DNA of 64,000 nt from a virus: positions 58,121 to 122,120 of IMG/VR virus record IMGVR_UViG_3300027770_003399; one strand, 5' to 3'. A model generated the notes under the pieces. The model was not told where the DNA came from, did not search any database, and saw only the letters and a list, made by a program, of their open reading frames with translations. A program made the translations under genes and the position numbers. This document shows, piece after piece, positions 17,661 to 27,534 of this stretch; the stretch's first letter is position 1, and each line of letters opens with the position of its first letter.

Positions 17661-17993
17661 ATGAGTCAAGAGCCAGATAAAAAACCAGAAGATAAATATT
17701 CATTTAAAATTGATGTAGATATGTATAAAAATCTATCAAAAACATTAAAATCTCTCTGGAAAGAAATTGGTTCTTCATCACAATGTGTTTCTTTTCCTAT
17801 AACTAATATGTTCTCGTATACGGGGGAAGTAAAAGCTCCCCTGTATATGGGGAACAATCAGTATGGAGATGGTATTTATAAAACAATATTTGAGCCGTTT
17901 AGACATGAATATATTAACCATCTACAAAAACATGCTGGATACTTTGTTAGCCAGCCCAGCTACTATAAAGGAATGTTTGACATACTTAATTAA
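17661..17993 (+). CDS. Hypothetical protein
   Basis: ORF in operon. Confidence 0.55.
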   Translation: MSQEPDKKPEDKYSFKIDVDMYKNLSKTLKSLWKEIGSSSQCVSFPITNMFSYTGEVKAPLYMGNNQYGDGIYKTIFEPFRHEYINHLQKHAGYFVSQPSYYKGMFDILN

Positions 17994-18000
17994 GACCCAT

Positions 18001-18231
18001 ATGAAAACATATTTTATAGTATTAACTGACAATTACCACAGATTTGATACTTATGAACAAACTCGTATTTTTTGTTCACAGAGTGTAGACAAAGGAGTAT
18101 TTCCAAAACATATAAAAGAGTATTATTCACAATCCCACAATCTAATTACTGAATATATGGTTCAATCAGATGTTAGATTAATAGTGACTAAATATCACGA
18201 AGGAGTCAGCGATGAAGTCAGAATGGTATAA
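18001..18231 (+). CDS. Hypothetical protein
   Basis: ATG 18001 follows the upstream stop; the longer listed start overlaps the previous gene. Confidence 0.5.
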   Translation: MKTYFIVLTDNYHRFDTYEQTRIFCSQSVDKGVFPKHIKEYYSQSHNLITEYMVQSDVRLIVTKYHEGVSDEVRMV

Positions 18232-18652
18232 AATTAATGATCTGAAAACCTTCATAAAGCATACTAGGTTCATGGTCTTTGAAACATTTGGAGACGGTAA
18301 TAACAGAGCGAATGATGATTTTACTGAATTAATGTCAAACCAAAAACTCAAAGATAAAAAAGAAATGGAAAGGCTCCTTCCTGCTAAAGAGACAATTCAA
18401 ATAATCACGGCTGGAATAAAAAAACGATTATCAAAAGATGGAGAGGTAGAATTTACAGTAACGAATAAGGCATTTAAGAAAATGTTGGAAGAGCTAAATG
18501 CTAGAATGGTTAGTAACATACTTGCGAAATTATCATCAGAAGGACTAATAGAAACTGCTTTTGATAGTGAAAAAAATGATTTTGTATTTTGGGTAAGTGA
18601 AAAAGGAAATAGTCATGTTGAAGAAGAAAGTCCAGAGCCAGAAACCGATTGA
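18212..18652 (+). CDS. Hypothetical protein
   Basis: AGGAG SD, coding-like composition. Confidence 0.55.
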   Translation: MKSEWYKINDLKTFIKHTRFMVFETFGDGNNRANDDFTELMSNQKLKDKKEMERLLPAKETIQIITAGIKKRLSKDGEVEFTVTNKAFKKMLEELNARMVSNILAKLSSEGLIETAFDSEKNDFVFWVSEKGNSHVEEESPEPETD

Positions 18653-19151
18653 GCATGATATTCATTTAAAATATAAGTGTCCAACCTGCGATCAACATCA
18701 TTGGTTAGCTTTTAGAGAAGCTAAAACAAAAAATTTCAAGGTTGTTTGTGATTGCAATACTGTTTTTAAAGTCAAAAGAATCTCTGCTTTTAAAATTAAG
18801 TATCAGCTAGAAAACAAATCTTTTGAAATAGAAAAGACCAAGAACGAGATCGCTCCTCCAATAGTAGCTGCCACAGTAGTAGCTCCAATAGTAGTTGCCC
18901 CGGTAGTAGCTCCAATAGTAGTTCCTCCAGTAGTAGCTCCAATAGTAGTTCCTACAATAGTAGCTCCTCCAGTAGTAGCCCCACCCCAGATTCCATTAGA
19001 GTTATTGAATAAAGCATGTAAACTTTTTATAACTTATGGATTTACACAGAAAGAATCGATATTGCTGTTAAAGTCTAGTTATGAGAAAAATCCAGTAGAT
19101 GACTATTCTAGTTTAATAAAAAACACCTTGGAACTAATTAAGAGAAAATAA
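18615..19151 (+). CDS. Zn-ribbon + Pro/Val repeat linker + RuvA C-terminal-domain-like protein
   Basis: CPTC...CDC; C-terminal LFITYGFTQKES...SSLIKNTL resembles RuvA domain III; directly upstream of ruvB. Confidence 0.6.
   Translation: MLKKKVQSQKPIEHDIHLKYKCPTCDQHHWLAFREAKTKNFKVVCDCNTVFKVKRISAFKIKYQLENKSFEIEKTKNEIAPPIVAATVVAPIVVAPVVAPIVVPPVVAPIVVPTIVAPPVVAPPQIPLELLNKACKLFITYGFTQKESILLLKSSYEKNPVDDYSSLIKNTLELIKRK
18852..18989 (+). repeat. Coding minisatellite (27-nt period GTAGTAGCTCCAATAGTAGTTxxxxxx) encoding VVAPIVVPP
   Basis: Three near-perfect 27-mers plus degenerate flanks. Confidence 0.9.
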
Positions 19152-19153
19152 AG

Positions 19154-20047
19154 ATGACATTCAGACCAACTAAATTTGAGGATATTGTAGGACAATCAGA
19201 TGTTATTAATCGTCTAAAAATCAGCACTCATGGTTTTAAAAGTGGGGAGTCATCATCCATGCCTCATCTTTTAATAGACGGCCCACCGGGGTTAGGAAAG
19301 ACCACCCTAGCCTGTGCAATAGCTAATGAGTTAGGAGTTCCTATTCTTGTTGCCAATGGAGCAAATCTAAGAAGTATTAAAAATATAATTCCTTATCTAT
19401 TGGGAATATCTTCTAAAACAGTTTTATTTATAGATGAAATTCATAGACTAACAAAAATAGTCGAAGAGTTTCTGTATCCTGTTATGGAAGATTTTATTGT
19501 TAATATTAGTACCGATGGAAATTTAGAGAAGATCGATATTCCACAATTTACTCTTATAGGAGCAACAACTAGTGGGGGAAGTTTAAGTCAACCTTTTTAT
19601 GATAGATTTCAAATGAAAGAGCATCTTTCTTTTTATACCCCAGATGAGCTAGCTAAACTAGCAGGATCGAATAGTCAGAGGCTTGGTATGGCCCTTGACG
19701 ATGAAGAACTATTGGAAATAGCAAAAAGGAGCAAGGGAACCCCTAGAATTCTTAACGCTAGATTACAGTGGTACAAAAGTTGCGTCTCTTATCACAAAGA
19801 TAAAAAAATGACGGTTGACGAAATATTTGATAGCCAAGGAATTGACAGTATGGGATTAGATATTTATGATAGAATGTATATAGGCATATTAAAAAAACAC
19901 AGGGGAACTCATCTTGGACTAAAAAGTATCTCAACATTAACAGGAATTGCTGTTGAGACAATAGAAAATAGTATCGAGCCATATTTAGTAAGGTCTGGTT
20001 TTGTACTGAGAACACAAAAGGGTAGAACTTGCGGTAACATAGATTAG
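19154..20047 (+). CDS. ruvB: Holliday junction branch migration ATPase RuvB
   Basis: FRPTKFEDIVGQ, GPPGLGKTT, LFIDEIHR, IGATT, GTPRI, IEPYL. Confidence 0.93.
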   Translation: MTFRPTKFEDIVGQSDVINRLKISTHGFKSGESSSMPHLLIDGPPGLGKTTLACAIANELGVPILVANGANLRSIKNIIPYLLGISSKTVLFIDEIHRLTKIVEEFLYPVMEDFIVNISTDGNLEKIDIPQFTLIGATTSGGSLSQPFYDRFQMKEHLSFYTPDELAKLAGSNSQRLGMALDDEELLEIAKRSKGTPRILNARLQWYKSCVSYHKDKKMTVDEIFDSQGIDSMGLDIYDRMYIGILKKHRGTHLGLKSISTLTGIAVETIENSIEPYLVRSGFVLRTQKGRTCGNID

Positions 20048-20154
20048 AAAATATGTCTTTATGTATGGAGAATTAACATAAACTTGATTTTTATTTCTTG
20101 GCAAATACTATTATTACAGTGTCCTTTCTCAAAATACTCTACACGAACTATAAA

Positions 20155-21045
20155 ATGAATAAAGACTCATCTCTACTTGCTAGTTTGATTAAAAACTCTT
20201 GGGTATCTAAAGATATAAATATTGAGTATTATGAAAATCCTTATCGTCATCTCATTATCGATAATTTGTTTTCTAAGGAAGTATATTCCAATATTTGTGA
20301 ACAGATACCGATATTAATATCTCAAACAGTGGCGTATAAAGATACTCCCGGTGCTACGAGCGACTATGCTGGTTATATAAAAGGAATAAGCGAAGACTAT
20401 AAAGACACCCTTGGTATTGGAGCTTTCTTGTCTTTAGAGCTAAAGAATTTTTTATCAAACATCTTTGAAGTGGAAACCAATCAATACGTTGCCACATCTG
20501 CGCATTGGCATGGTGCTCCTTCCAAATCGGGCCATATACATAGAGACTCTAACATTTGTTCTTTTTTAAGCTCAGATAAACAGATAAGTATGTCTGGAGG
20601 ATGCGTATACACAGATGATTCTGATAAAAACCCAGATACTATAAAAGTAATTAGGTCTATAGCCATGTTATACTATGCTAATAATCCAGGGAAGATAGAC
20701 GATTATGTTGGTGGTTCTACTGGAATTTATGATGGTTATCAAGGCAAGTTAATCAAAGAAGTCAAAGCTCTTAACAACAGACTATTGGTTTTTGAAGTAT
20801 GTCCAAATAGCTATCATGCTTTTATCGGAGCTAATTTTGACAGGTCTGCCTTAGTCCAGTGGTATCATTGTAGTCCAGCTTATTTTATTCATAGGAATCT
20901 ATTTCAAATAAAAAAAGATTATAAAATAGATGGTAGAACACATGAGGGTTGGGGAACTTCTGGTAGTAAATGGAATATTGAAAATGATCCAGAATATAGT
21001 AAGTATTTTGGAGAAAGTAAATTAAGGGACATACTTCTAGGATAA
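20155..21045 (+). CDS. 2OG-Fe(II) oxygenase, prolyl-hydroxylase-like
   Basis: HIHRD HxD motif, AMLYY, NRLLVF...SYHAF distal His, R-S. Confidence 0.7.
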   Translation: MNKDSSLLASLIKNSWVSKDINIEYYENPYRHLIIDNLFSKEVYSNICEQIPILISQTVAYKDTPGATSDYAGYIKGISEDYKDTLGIGAFLSLELKNFLSNIFEVETNQYVATSAHWHGAPSKSGHIHRDSNICSFLSSDKQISMSGGCVYTDDSDKNPDTIKVIRSIAMLYYANNPGKIDDYVGGSTGIYDGYQGKLIKEVKALNNRLLVFEVCPNSYHAFIGANFDRSALVQWYHCSPAYFIHRNLFQIKKDYKIDGRTHEGWGTSGSKWNIENDPEYSKYFGESKLRDILLG

Positions 21046-21052
21046 GAAACAA

Positions 21053-21667
21053 ATGATAAAAATACTGGTTTTAGGAGGAACTCAATTCATAGGTAGGGAT
21101 TTAGTGGAAACCCTAATGATAAATGAGAACTATTCTTTATCCTTAGCCAATAGGGGAATTTCTAATACTAACTTATTTAATAATTTATGCAAACTAAATA
21201 TAGACAGAAATAATAAAGAAACATGCTCCAAACTAATTGATAGTGAATATGATATAGTTATAGACTTTTCCTGCTACACACAGACACAGTTCACTAACAC
21301 TATCCCTTATTTAAGACACAAAAAATATATTTATATTTCAACATCAGCAACAAGATTTCCCGAGCAGATAAGAAAAAACTATAAAAATGATCCCTACTAC
21401 TCCTATTACATCAATAAAATAGAAGCAGAAGAGTATGTGGTAAATAATATAAAAAACTGCGTCATATTAAGACCTCCTGTTGTGTACGGAGAAAATGATT
21501 ACACTGGAAGATTTTATACAAAAGATGGTATATTTTATTGGAAAAATGATAATAGAAAAGCTGGTATTAGTTCTGAAACTATTTATGTCAAAGATATAAC
21601 TAGAACTATTATACAGAACCTCTTCTTGGGCGATGATTATACAGATGCCGTAATAATTGATCTATAA
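21053..21667 (+). CDS. NAD-dependent epimerase/dehydratase family protein
   Basis: ILVLGGTQFIG, YISTS, YxxxK, LRPPVVYG. Confidence 0.8.
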   Translation: MIKILVLGGTQFIGRDLVETLMINENYSLSLANRGISNTNLFNNLCKLNIDRNNKETCSKLIDSEYDIVIDFSCYTQTQFTNTIPYLRHKKYIYISTSATRFPEQIRKNYKNDPYYSYYINKIEAEEYVVNNIKNCVILRPPVVYGENDYTGRFYTKDGIFYWKNDNRKAGISSETIYVKDITRTIIQNLFLGDDYTDAVIIDL

Positions 21668-21687
21668 AAAACAGACTATTTAATAAT

Positions 21688-21996
21688 ATGTTCTTTAATA
21701 AAAATATTCGATTTGCCATAAGATCACCCAAGTGGCAGACTGTTCGTAAAAATCATCTTATTTTAAATCCTATCTGTGCTGCTTGTGGAAAATCTAAGAA
21801 ATTAGAAGTTCATCATATAGTCCCAGTACATATAGACCCCTCTAAAGAATTAGACCCCGACAACCTTATGACCTTGTGTGCTGATCCTTGCCACATTCTA
21901 TTTGGTCATTTAATGGATTTTAAGAGTTGGAATAGTGGTGTAAATGAAGATTGTAAAGAATATTATCAAAAGATATTAGATAGGCCATATAAATAA
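21688..21996 (+). CDS. HNH endonuclease
   Basis: CAACG...LEVHHIVP...NLMTLC..CH. Confidence 0.85.
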   Translation: MFFNKNIRFAIRSPKWQTVRKNHLILNPICAACGKSKKLEVHHIVPVHIDPSKELDPDNLMTLCADPCHILFGHLMDFKSWNSGVNEDCKEYYQKILDRPYK

Positions 21997-22005
21997 GGAG
22001 AAGCT

Positions 22006-23343
22006 ATGTTTTCTATTTTTGGGGAACAATATGGCATCTGTAATAAGCTAGGTAGAAGAGATTTTCTATCAATAGGTGGATTATCTTTTGGTCTGGGTGG
22101 ATTATCTTTGCCACAAATATTAAAAGCTCAAGAGTCTTCTGGTAAAAAACACAAATCTTTAATCAATATATTTTTAGCTGGTGGGCCACCTCATCAAGAC
22201 TTATGGGATTTAAAGCCAGATGCTCCGTCTGAAATTAGGGGAGAATTTGATCCCATCAAAACTAATGTTGGTGGAATTGAAATTTGTGAAGTTTTTCCAC
22301 AGTTAGCTCAACGAATGGACAAGTGTGCTATCATACGATCTATCATTGGTTGTCATGGAGATCATGCTGCTTTTCAATGTATGTCTGGTTGGACTCCTGA
22401 TAATCTAAAAAGTATTGGAGGAAGACCCTCTATCGGAGCAACAGTCTCACGAATCCAAGGGTCTGTTGATCCATCTGTTCCAGCATATGTTGGTTTAGCA
22501 GATAAGACCGATCACATGCCTTGGTCTGATGCTGGAGGAGCGGGGTTTTTAGGAACATCTCACGGGGCATTTAAACCAGATGGGCCAGGATTACAGAATA
22601 TGATATTAAAAGATTTAACTTTGGATAGAATACGAAATAGAAAAGACTTGTTAGCTAGTATAGACAATTTAAAAAGGGCGATGGATTCTAATGGGTCTAT
22701 GAAAGGGATGGATTCATTTAGTCAAAAGGCTTTTGATGTTTTATCTGGTAGTAAATTATTAACAGCATTAGATTTGTCAAAAGAAGACCCTAATGTATTG
22801 TCTGCTTATGGAGATGGAAAACCTTATAATTATCAATATGATGGAGCGCCCACTTGTAATGACCATCTTTTAATGGCTAGAAGATTAATTGAAGCAGGAG
22901 TGCGGGTGGTGAGTCTTAGCTATGGTCGATGGGATAGTCATGGTAGTAATTTTGATTTGGTCAGAGATCATGGGTCAAAATTAGACCAATCTCTTAGTGC
23001 TTTAATAGATGATCTTAGTACCAGAGGAATGTTAGATGATGTAACTATTATAGTTTGGGGAGAATTTGGTAGAACGCCAAAAATAAACAAAGATGCTGGA
23101 CGAGATCATTGGCCTCAAGTAAACTCAGCATTATTGGTTGGAGGAGGAATGAAAACGGGACAGGTTATCGGTTCCACCAATAGACTAGGGGAATATGCTG
23201 TTGATAGACCAGTTCATGTTCAAGAAATATTTGCAACCCTCTATCATAATCTTGGCATAGACACATCACAACAAACAATAGTAGATACAACTGGAAGACC
23301 CCAATATCTTGTTGAGCACCCTTATCTTAAAGAATTAGTCTAA
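22006..23343 (+). CDS. DUF1501 family protein
   Basis: GRRDFL, FLAGGPPHQDLWDLKPDAP, WDSH, GEFGRTP, GRDHWP. Confidence 0.92.
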   Translation: MFSIFGEQYGICNKLGRRDFLSIGGLSFGLGGLSLPQILKAQESSGKKHKSLINIFLAGGPPHQDLWDLKPDAPSEIRGEFDPIKTNVGGIEICEVFPQLAQRMDKCAIIRSIIGCHGDHAAFQCMSGWTPDNLKSIGGRPSIGATVSRIQGSVDPSVPAYVGLADKTDHMPWSDAGGAGFLGTSHGAFKPDGPGLQNMILKDLTLDRIRNRKDLLASIDNLKRAMDSNGSMKGMDSFSQKAFDVLSGSKLLTALDLSKEDPNVLSAYGDGKPYNYQYDGAPTCNDHLLMARRLIEAGVRVVSLSYGRWDSHGSNFDLVRDHGSKLDQSLSALIDDLSTRGMLDDVTIIVWGEFGRTPKINKDAGRDHWPQVNSALLVGGGMKTGQVIGSTNRLGEYAVDRPVHVQEIFATLYHNLGIDTSQQTIVDTTGRPQYLVEHPYLKELV

Positions 23344-25229
23344 TGAATATTGAAAAAGACGATCAGGCTTTTATAGTTAGTTTTTTATCTCACTGTTGTA
23401 TATTACTAACTTTATCATTAATTCCTATCATTAATGAAAGAATAGCCCCAACTATTCAAATAGTATCTTATCCAGTACAAGAAATAATAATACCAGAATC
23501 AGTAGACATAGAGGACATTAATACTTTTAGTGAAGAAGAAACGATATTAAGTAATGAGGAAGCTGGAGAAGAAAGTCTACAGATAAATGAAGAGAACTTA
23601 GAAATAGAGCTTCAGTCTGTTGAAACAGTGGAGGATTTTGGCGACACAATATCCAATGAGGATTTGATGGAGCTTTCTGGGTCGTCAAATGAGTCCAATA
23701 TCGGCAACTCTGGCGTTGCTGTTAGTGGAGTTGGTAGTGCTGTTGATCGGTTGTCCAGAGAGATTGTGAGCAATGCTAATGATCGTCCAGTGGTTGTATT
23801 TTGGTTATTTGATGCTTCAGTCAGCCTTTTTAAACAGAGGGCGGATATAGCCTCTAGATTTGAAAAGGTGTTGACGGAAATAGAGCTTTCTAAAAATCAA
23901 AATCAACAGATAAATCACATAGTCAGCAGTTTTGGGGGAGTCCTTAGAACCATTACTTCTGCCCCAACCTCTGATAAAGACCAGCTAATAAAAGATATTC
24001 TGTCTATCGGACTTGATGAGTCTGGAATAGAGAATGTTTTTGGGTCGATTCAAGAACTAATAATATCTCATAAAAATCTTCTTAAAAAGAATAAATCAAG
24101 AATGATGGTAATATGTTTTACTGATGAGGTTGGTGATGATCAAAATAAATTAGAACCCCTTATTGTATCTGCCAAACAAACAGGTTGCATGATTTATGTT
24201 GTTGGAGTTCCATCTCCATTTGGTGTTGCAAAGAGTGAATTAAAATATGTTGATCCTGATGAAAAGTATGACCAAACAGAAAAATGGGTACAAATTCAAC
24301 AAGGGCCAGAGTCTTTTGTTAAAATGACCCTCAACATGAAAAGTTTAGATATAGACAATATATTAATAGATAGTGGGTTTGGGTCATATTCATTATCAAG
24401 ATTGTGTCAAAATACTGGTGGACTATACTTTGCTCTTCATCCTAATAGAAATAGTAGTCATAAAATATCTAAAAAGGATATTGATCCACTATCTTCTGGT
24501 ATTCAATACTTTTTTGATCCCAACATAATGTTTAATTATAAGCCAGATTATAGATCAATAGACCAACAAACTAAAGAAATATTATCTAATAAAACAAAAT
24601 TAGCTCTTATAAATGCTTGTAGAATTGAAGATGGGATAAATATCTCTGGTAATCAAGTTTTGAAATTTGATGCTAGAACCATAGAATCTTTCTTAAAGTC
24701 TTTAAATAAGGCTCAACAATTTTCTGCTAAACTAGACCCTAAAATAGCTCAGGTATTTTCTATTCTTCAAAACGGAGAAGCGACTAGGGGTTCGGTAAAA
24801 GAAAAGGTGTGGGGGGCGAGTTTTGATCTTGCTATGGGGCGAATTTATGCTGCTAAATGTAGAAATGAATCATACAATCTTTTATTAGCAGAAGCTAAGT
24901 TGGGAATGAAAACAGAGAGACAGGAGTCTAATCAGTGGGAACTGGTACATACTGAAGAGTCGATAAAAGGAAATAGCTCGGTGGAGAAATCTTTTAAATT
25001 AGCTAAAATGTATCTAAACAGAGTAGTCAGCGAAAATCCTGGAACCCCTTGGGCATTAGTAGCTAGCGAGGAATTGAAAACTCCTATGGGATATAAGTGG
25101 ATGGAAGGATATTTAGAACCAGATATAATGAAGATGAATGATAATGGTAACAATATCCCGAAACCTCCAAAAGATGATGAAAAAAAGATGTTGTCTCCAA
25201 AAATGCAGAGAAATGTTAGCAAGATTTGA
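23343..25229 (+). CDS. Planctomycete-type vWA domain membrane protein
   Basis: N-terminal TM segment, acidic linker, WLFDASVS MIDAS-like motif, FTDEVGDD, YVVGVPSPFG. Confidence 0.75.
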   Translation: MNIEKDDQAFIVSFLSHCCILLTLSLIPIINERIAPTIQIVSYPVQEIIIPESVDIEDINTFSEEETILSNEEAGEESLQINEENLEIELQSVETVEDFGDTISNEDLMELSGSSNESNIGNSGVAVSGVGSAVDRLSREIVSNANDRPVVVFWLFDASVSLFKQRADIASRFEKVLTEIELSKNQNQQINHIVSSFGGVLRTITSAPTSDKDQLIKDILSIGLDESGIENVFGSIQELIISHKNLLKKNKSRMMVICFTDEVGDDQNKLEPLIVSAKQTGCMIYVVGVPSPFGVAKSELKYVDPDEKYDQTEKWVQIQQGPESFVKMTLNMKSLDIDNILIDSGFGSYSLSRLCQNTGGLYFALHPNRNSSHKISKKDIDPLSSGIQYFFDPNIMFNYKPDYRSIDQQTKEILSNKTKLALINACRIEDGINISGNQVLKFDARTIESFLKSLNKAQQFSAKLDPKIAQVFSILQNGEATRGSVKEKVWGASFDLAMGRIYAAKCRNESYNLLLAEAKLGMKTERQESNQWELVHTEESIKGNSSVEKSFKLAKMYLNRVVSENPGTPWALVASEELKTPMGYKWMEGYLEPDIMKMNDNGNNIPKPPKDDEKKMLSPKMQRNVSKI

Positions 25230-25259
25230 TTTAAACTCTTATTCGATAAAGGATTAATA

Positions 25260-25352
25260 ATGCCTATTGTTCTTGCACTATTTGCTATCGGTATCTATCT
25301 GACTTGTATCAGGGTTTATGATTGGTGGAATGGATACGGGGATTTGTTTTGA
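25260..25352 (+). CDS. Tiny membrane peptide (30 aa)
   Basis: AAGGA SD, hydrophobic ORF. Confidence 0.35.
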   Translation: MPIVLALFAIGIYLTCIRVYDWWNGYGDLF

Positions 25353-25440
25353 TTAATATAGTAATTTTATTAGCGGCAGGAAAGTTTCCTCTAATATATC
25401 TTTTAACAGCAGGATGATAATATCCAAGTAAGCAATAGTA

Positions 25441-25983
25441 TTATTTTACAACCTTAATAAAAAAAGAAGGACATCCATCATCAGCTATACATACTACCTC
25501 TTGATTTAACTGTTTACAAAAAGCAGATACTGCTTCTTTAACTCCATAATGGTAGTCATGCCCCATAATTATTCCACCATTTTTTGTCTTATAATATGAA
25601 TAAAACAAATCATTACAAACCGCTTGGATTGTGTGATCACCATCTATATAGACAGCGTCAAAAAAATTATTCTCACAGCTTTTTAAAAATGCTACTGATG
25701 GAGATCTAATGACATCAACATTATTGTAGTACTTATATTTTTGATACAACCCCAAATAAATCTCTTCCATGTTTTGTATTTCATAATGGTTGTTTCCATC
25801 TTTGTCGCCAGACCCGTAAGTTCCCTGCCAAATATCTACTAAATACAAATGTGACGGTTGAGCTTTTTCAAGAATCTCTTTTGCAAAATCTCCAACAAAA
25901 ACCCCTATCTCCAGGAAACTACAATGTTTTGGGATAATTTCAAGCAAGTCAGATCTTGTTTTATAGTGTGTGATTTTATTCAT
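25441..25983 (-). CDS. Class I SAM methyltransferase (Methyltransf_24-like)
   Basis: LEIGVFVG, YIDGDH, GGIIMGHDY. Confidence 0.8.
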   Translation of the reverse strand: MNKITHYKTRSDLLEIIPKHCSFLEIGVFVGDFAKEILEKAQPSHLYLVDIWQGTYGSGDKDGNNHYEIQNMEEIYLGLYQKYKYYNNVDVIRSPSVAFLKSCENNFFDAVYIDGDHTIQAVCNDLFYSYYKTKNGGIIMGHDYHYGVKEAVSAFCKQLNQEVVCIADDGCPSFFIKVVK

Positions 25984-25988
25984 TTTTT

Positions 25989-26774
25989 CTAGTATTTATA
26001 ATATCTGGGTAACACTTTTCTATTTTTATTATTCATTTGATCATTAATATTCTGGATTTGGCCACCGATATAATTCTTCGGGTAAAACATAATAGAAGAT
26101 AGAAAGTCCCCAAATATATTGTCTACCTCAGTCTTAAATGGTGGATATATTTTACTTTTTATAGACTCTATAGATAATATAGATTGATCATTTCTATGAT
26201 ACTTACACTCTGACTGATCTCCATCTGGATTCTTTATAGATGGTTGTGGCCCACTAATCGATTCCTCTAAACAGAGAGAAAGAACTCTGTTCAAAAAATC
26301 TGTATTTTTTATTGTTTTTTTATAAGACTGAAAACCCGCCCATATTTGTGGAGTGTCTAAAAAAGATTCCCCTGCTAGTTTTTCTATACATTTTTTAGTA
26401 GTCCAGTTTTTGATCAAGAACTGGTCTTCGGGATATCTTAATAACAATGAGTCCATAAAGCAAAAGTCTTCTATATCAGACAGACTGCCATTTATTTTAT
26501 TCGCAGAATCTGTATATATCACGATTTCTGCATCATTTAAACTATCTAGAATAGCCCAGTACTTATAAGCAAATAAGAATGGTTTATTTAAATTTTCTAT
26601 ATTTTCTGGAATTGTTTTTATAGAAATAAAATCTGCCACATTACGAGATACCGGCTTATCTCCAAATAAATAAATGGTATGCTTTATATCTTTATTCTTT
26701 TCAAAAGAGTTTTGAAAACACTCGATAGCTTTATCAAAGAAAATATTATTACAGCATGTTATTAAGCTTATCAT
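25989..26774 (-). CDS. Putative glycosyltransferase
   Basis: YKYWAI..IVIYTDS, QIWAGF and HRNDQSILS motifs. Confidence 0.55.
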   Translation of the reverse strand: MISLITCCNNIFFDKAIECFQNSFEKNKDIKHTIYLFGDKPVSRNVADFISIKTIPENIENLNKPFLFAYKYWAILDSLNDAEIVIYTDSANKINGSLSDIEDFCFMDSLLLRYPEDQFLIKNWTTKKCIEKLAGESFLDTPQIWAGFQSYKKTIKNTDFLNRVLSLCLEESISGPQPSIKNPDGDQSECKYHRNDQSILSIESIKSKIYPPFKTEVDNIFGDFLSSIMFYPKNYIGGQIQNINDQMNNKNRKVLPRYYKY

Positions 26775-26823
26775 AAGTATTTTTTGTCTTTAAAATTTGA
26801 TGATATAAATATGTTGTATAAGT

Positions 26824-27483
26824 TTAAGAAGAATTTTTAGTCATCTCTTGCATCCTAGCAAGAAAGTCTTCGTCAGACTCCTCTACTTCTGGAATTACAT
26901 CTACTGATTCTGGAATCTTGGGAATATCAGGACTATCTATCAAAGACTTAATTTTATTCATAAACTCAGAATCATCTTCGATATCTAAGTCATTGCTCAT
27001 TTTATTCATTTCCTTAACTTCTGACAAAGAAATATTTTTTCTATTTGTAAAGTAATTACTTCCATATGACACATATACTTCCGACCCCTTTGAGATATCT
27101 TGGGTGGCTACAACATCTGCTATAGAAGAATCGTAATAAAAATTCCACTCTGTATTTGGACTATCTTGATGATTATAGATCATGCCATAACCCAAAACCA
27201 TCCAGAACACGCCTCCGTGAGCGTTATATTCTTTGTCTGGATTTGTTTCAGCAGAACATCCGCAATTTGATTCTTTATAACAATATTTTCTAAGTTGGGG
27301 ATCATGAATATAGTTTGATCTCCAATCCAATCTAACCATTGGACATCTCTCTATTAGTTGTCCACTAGCTATATTATTTGTTGCTATTACTCCAATTCCC
27401 TCTATTTCAGAGTAACCTACAACTATATCCTCTGACTTAAAGTATTGATTTTTTTCACCGGCTATTGGTTTTGGAAGTATCAT
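26824..27483 (-). CDS. SET-domain methyltransferase with acidic tail
   Basis: GIGVIAT..I..G.LIE, GYGMIYNHQDSPN, DISKGSEVYVSYG. Confidence 0.88.
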   Translation of the reverse strand: MILPKPIAGEKNQYFKSEDIVVGYSEIEGIGVIATNNIASGQLIERCPMVRLDWRSNYIHDPQLRKYCYKESNCGCSAETNPDKEYNAHGGVFWMVLGYGMIYNHQDSPNTEWNFYYDSSIADVVATQDISKGSEVYVSYGSNYFTNRKNISLSEVKEMNKMSNDLDIEDDSEFMNKIKSLIDSPDIPKIPESVDVIPEVEESDEDFLARMQEMTKNSS

Positions 27484-27534
27484 GAGATAATGTGTCCTTT
27501 TTATTATAATAAGTTAAATATGTTTTGTTTAGAT

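Noticed and set aside
21688-21996. HNH as a mobile intron or TasH-type partner
   Set aside because: Free-standing, not interrupting a gene, no adjacent array, and no Nop-like extension
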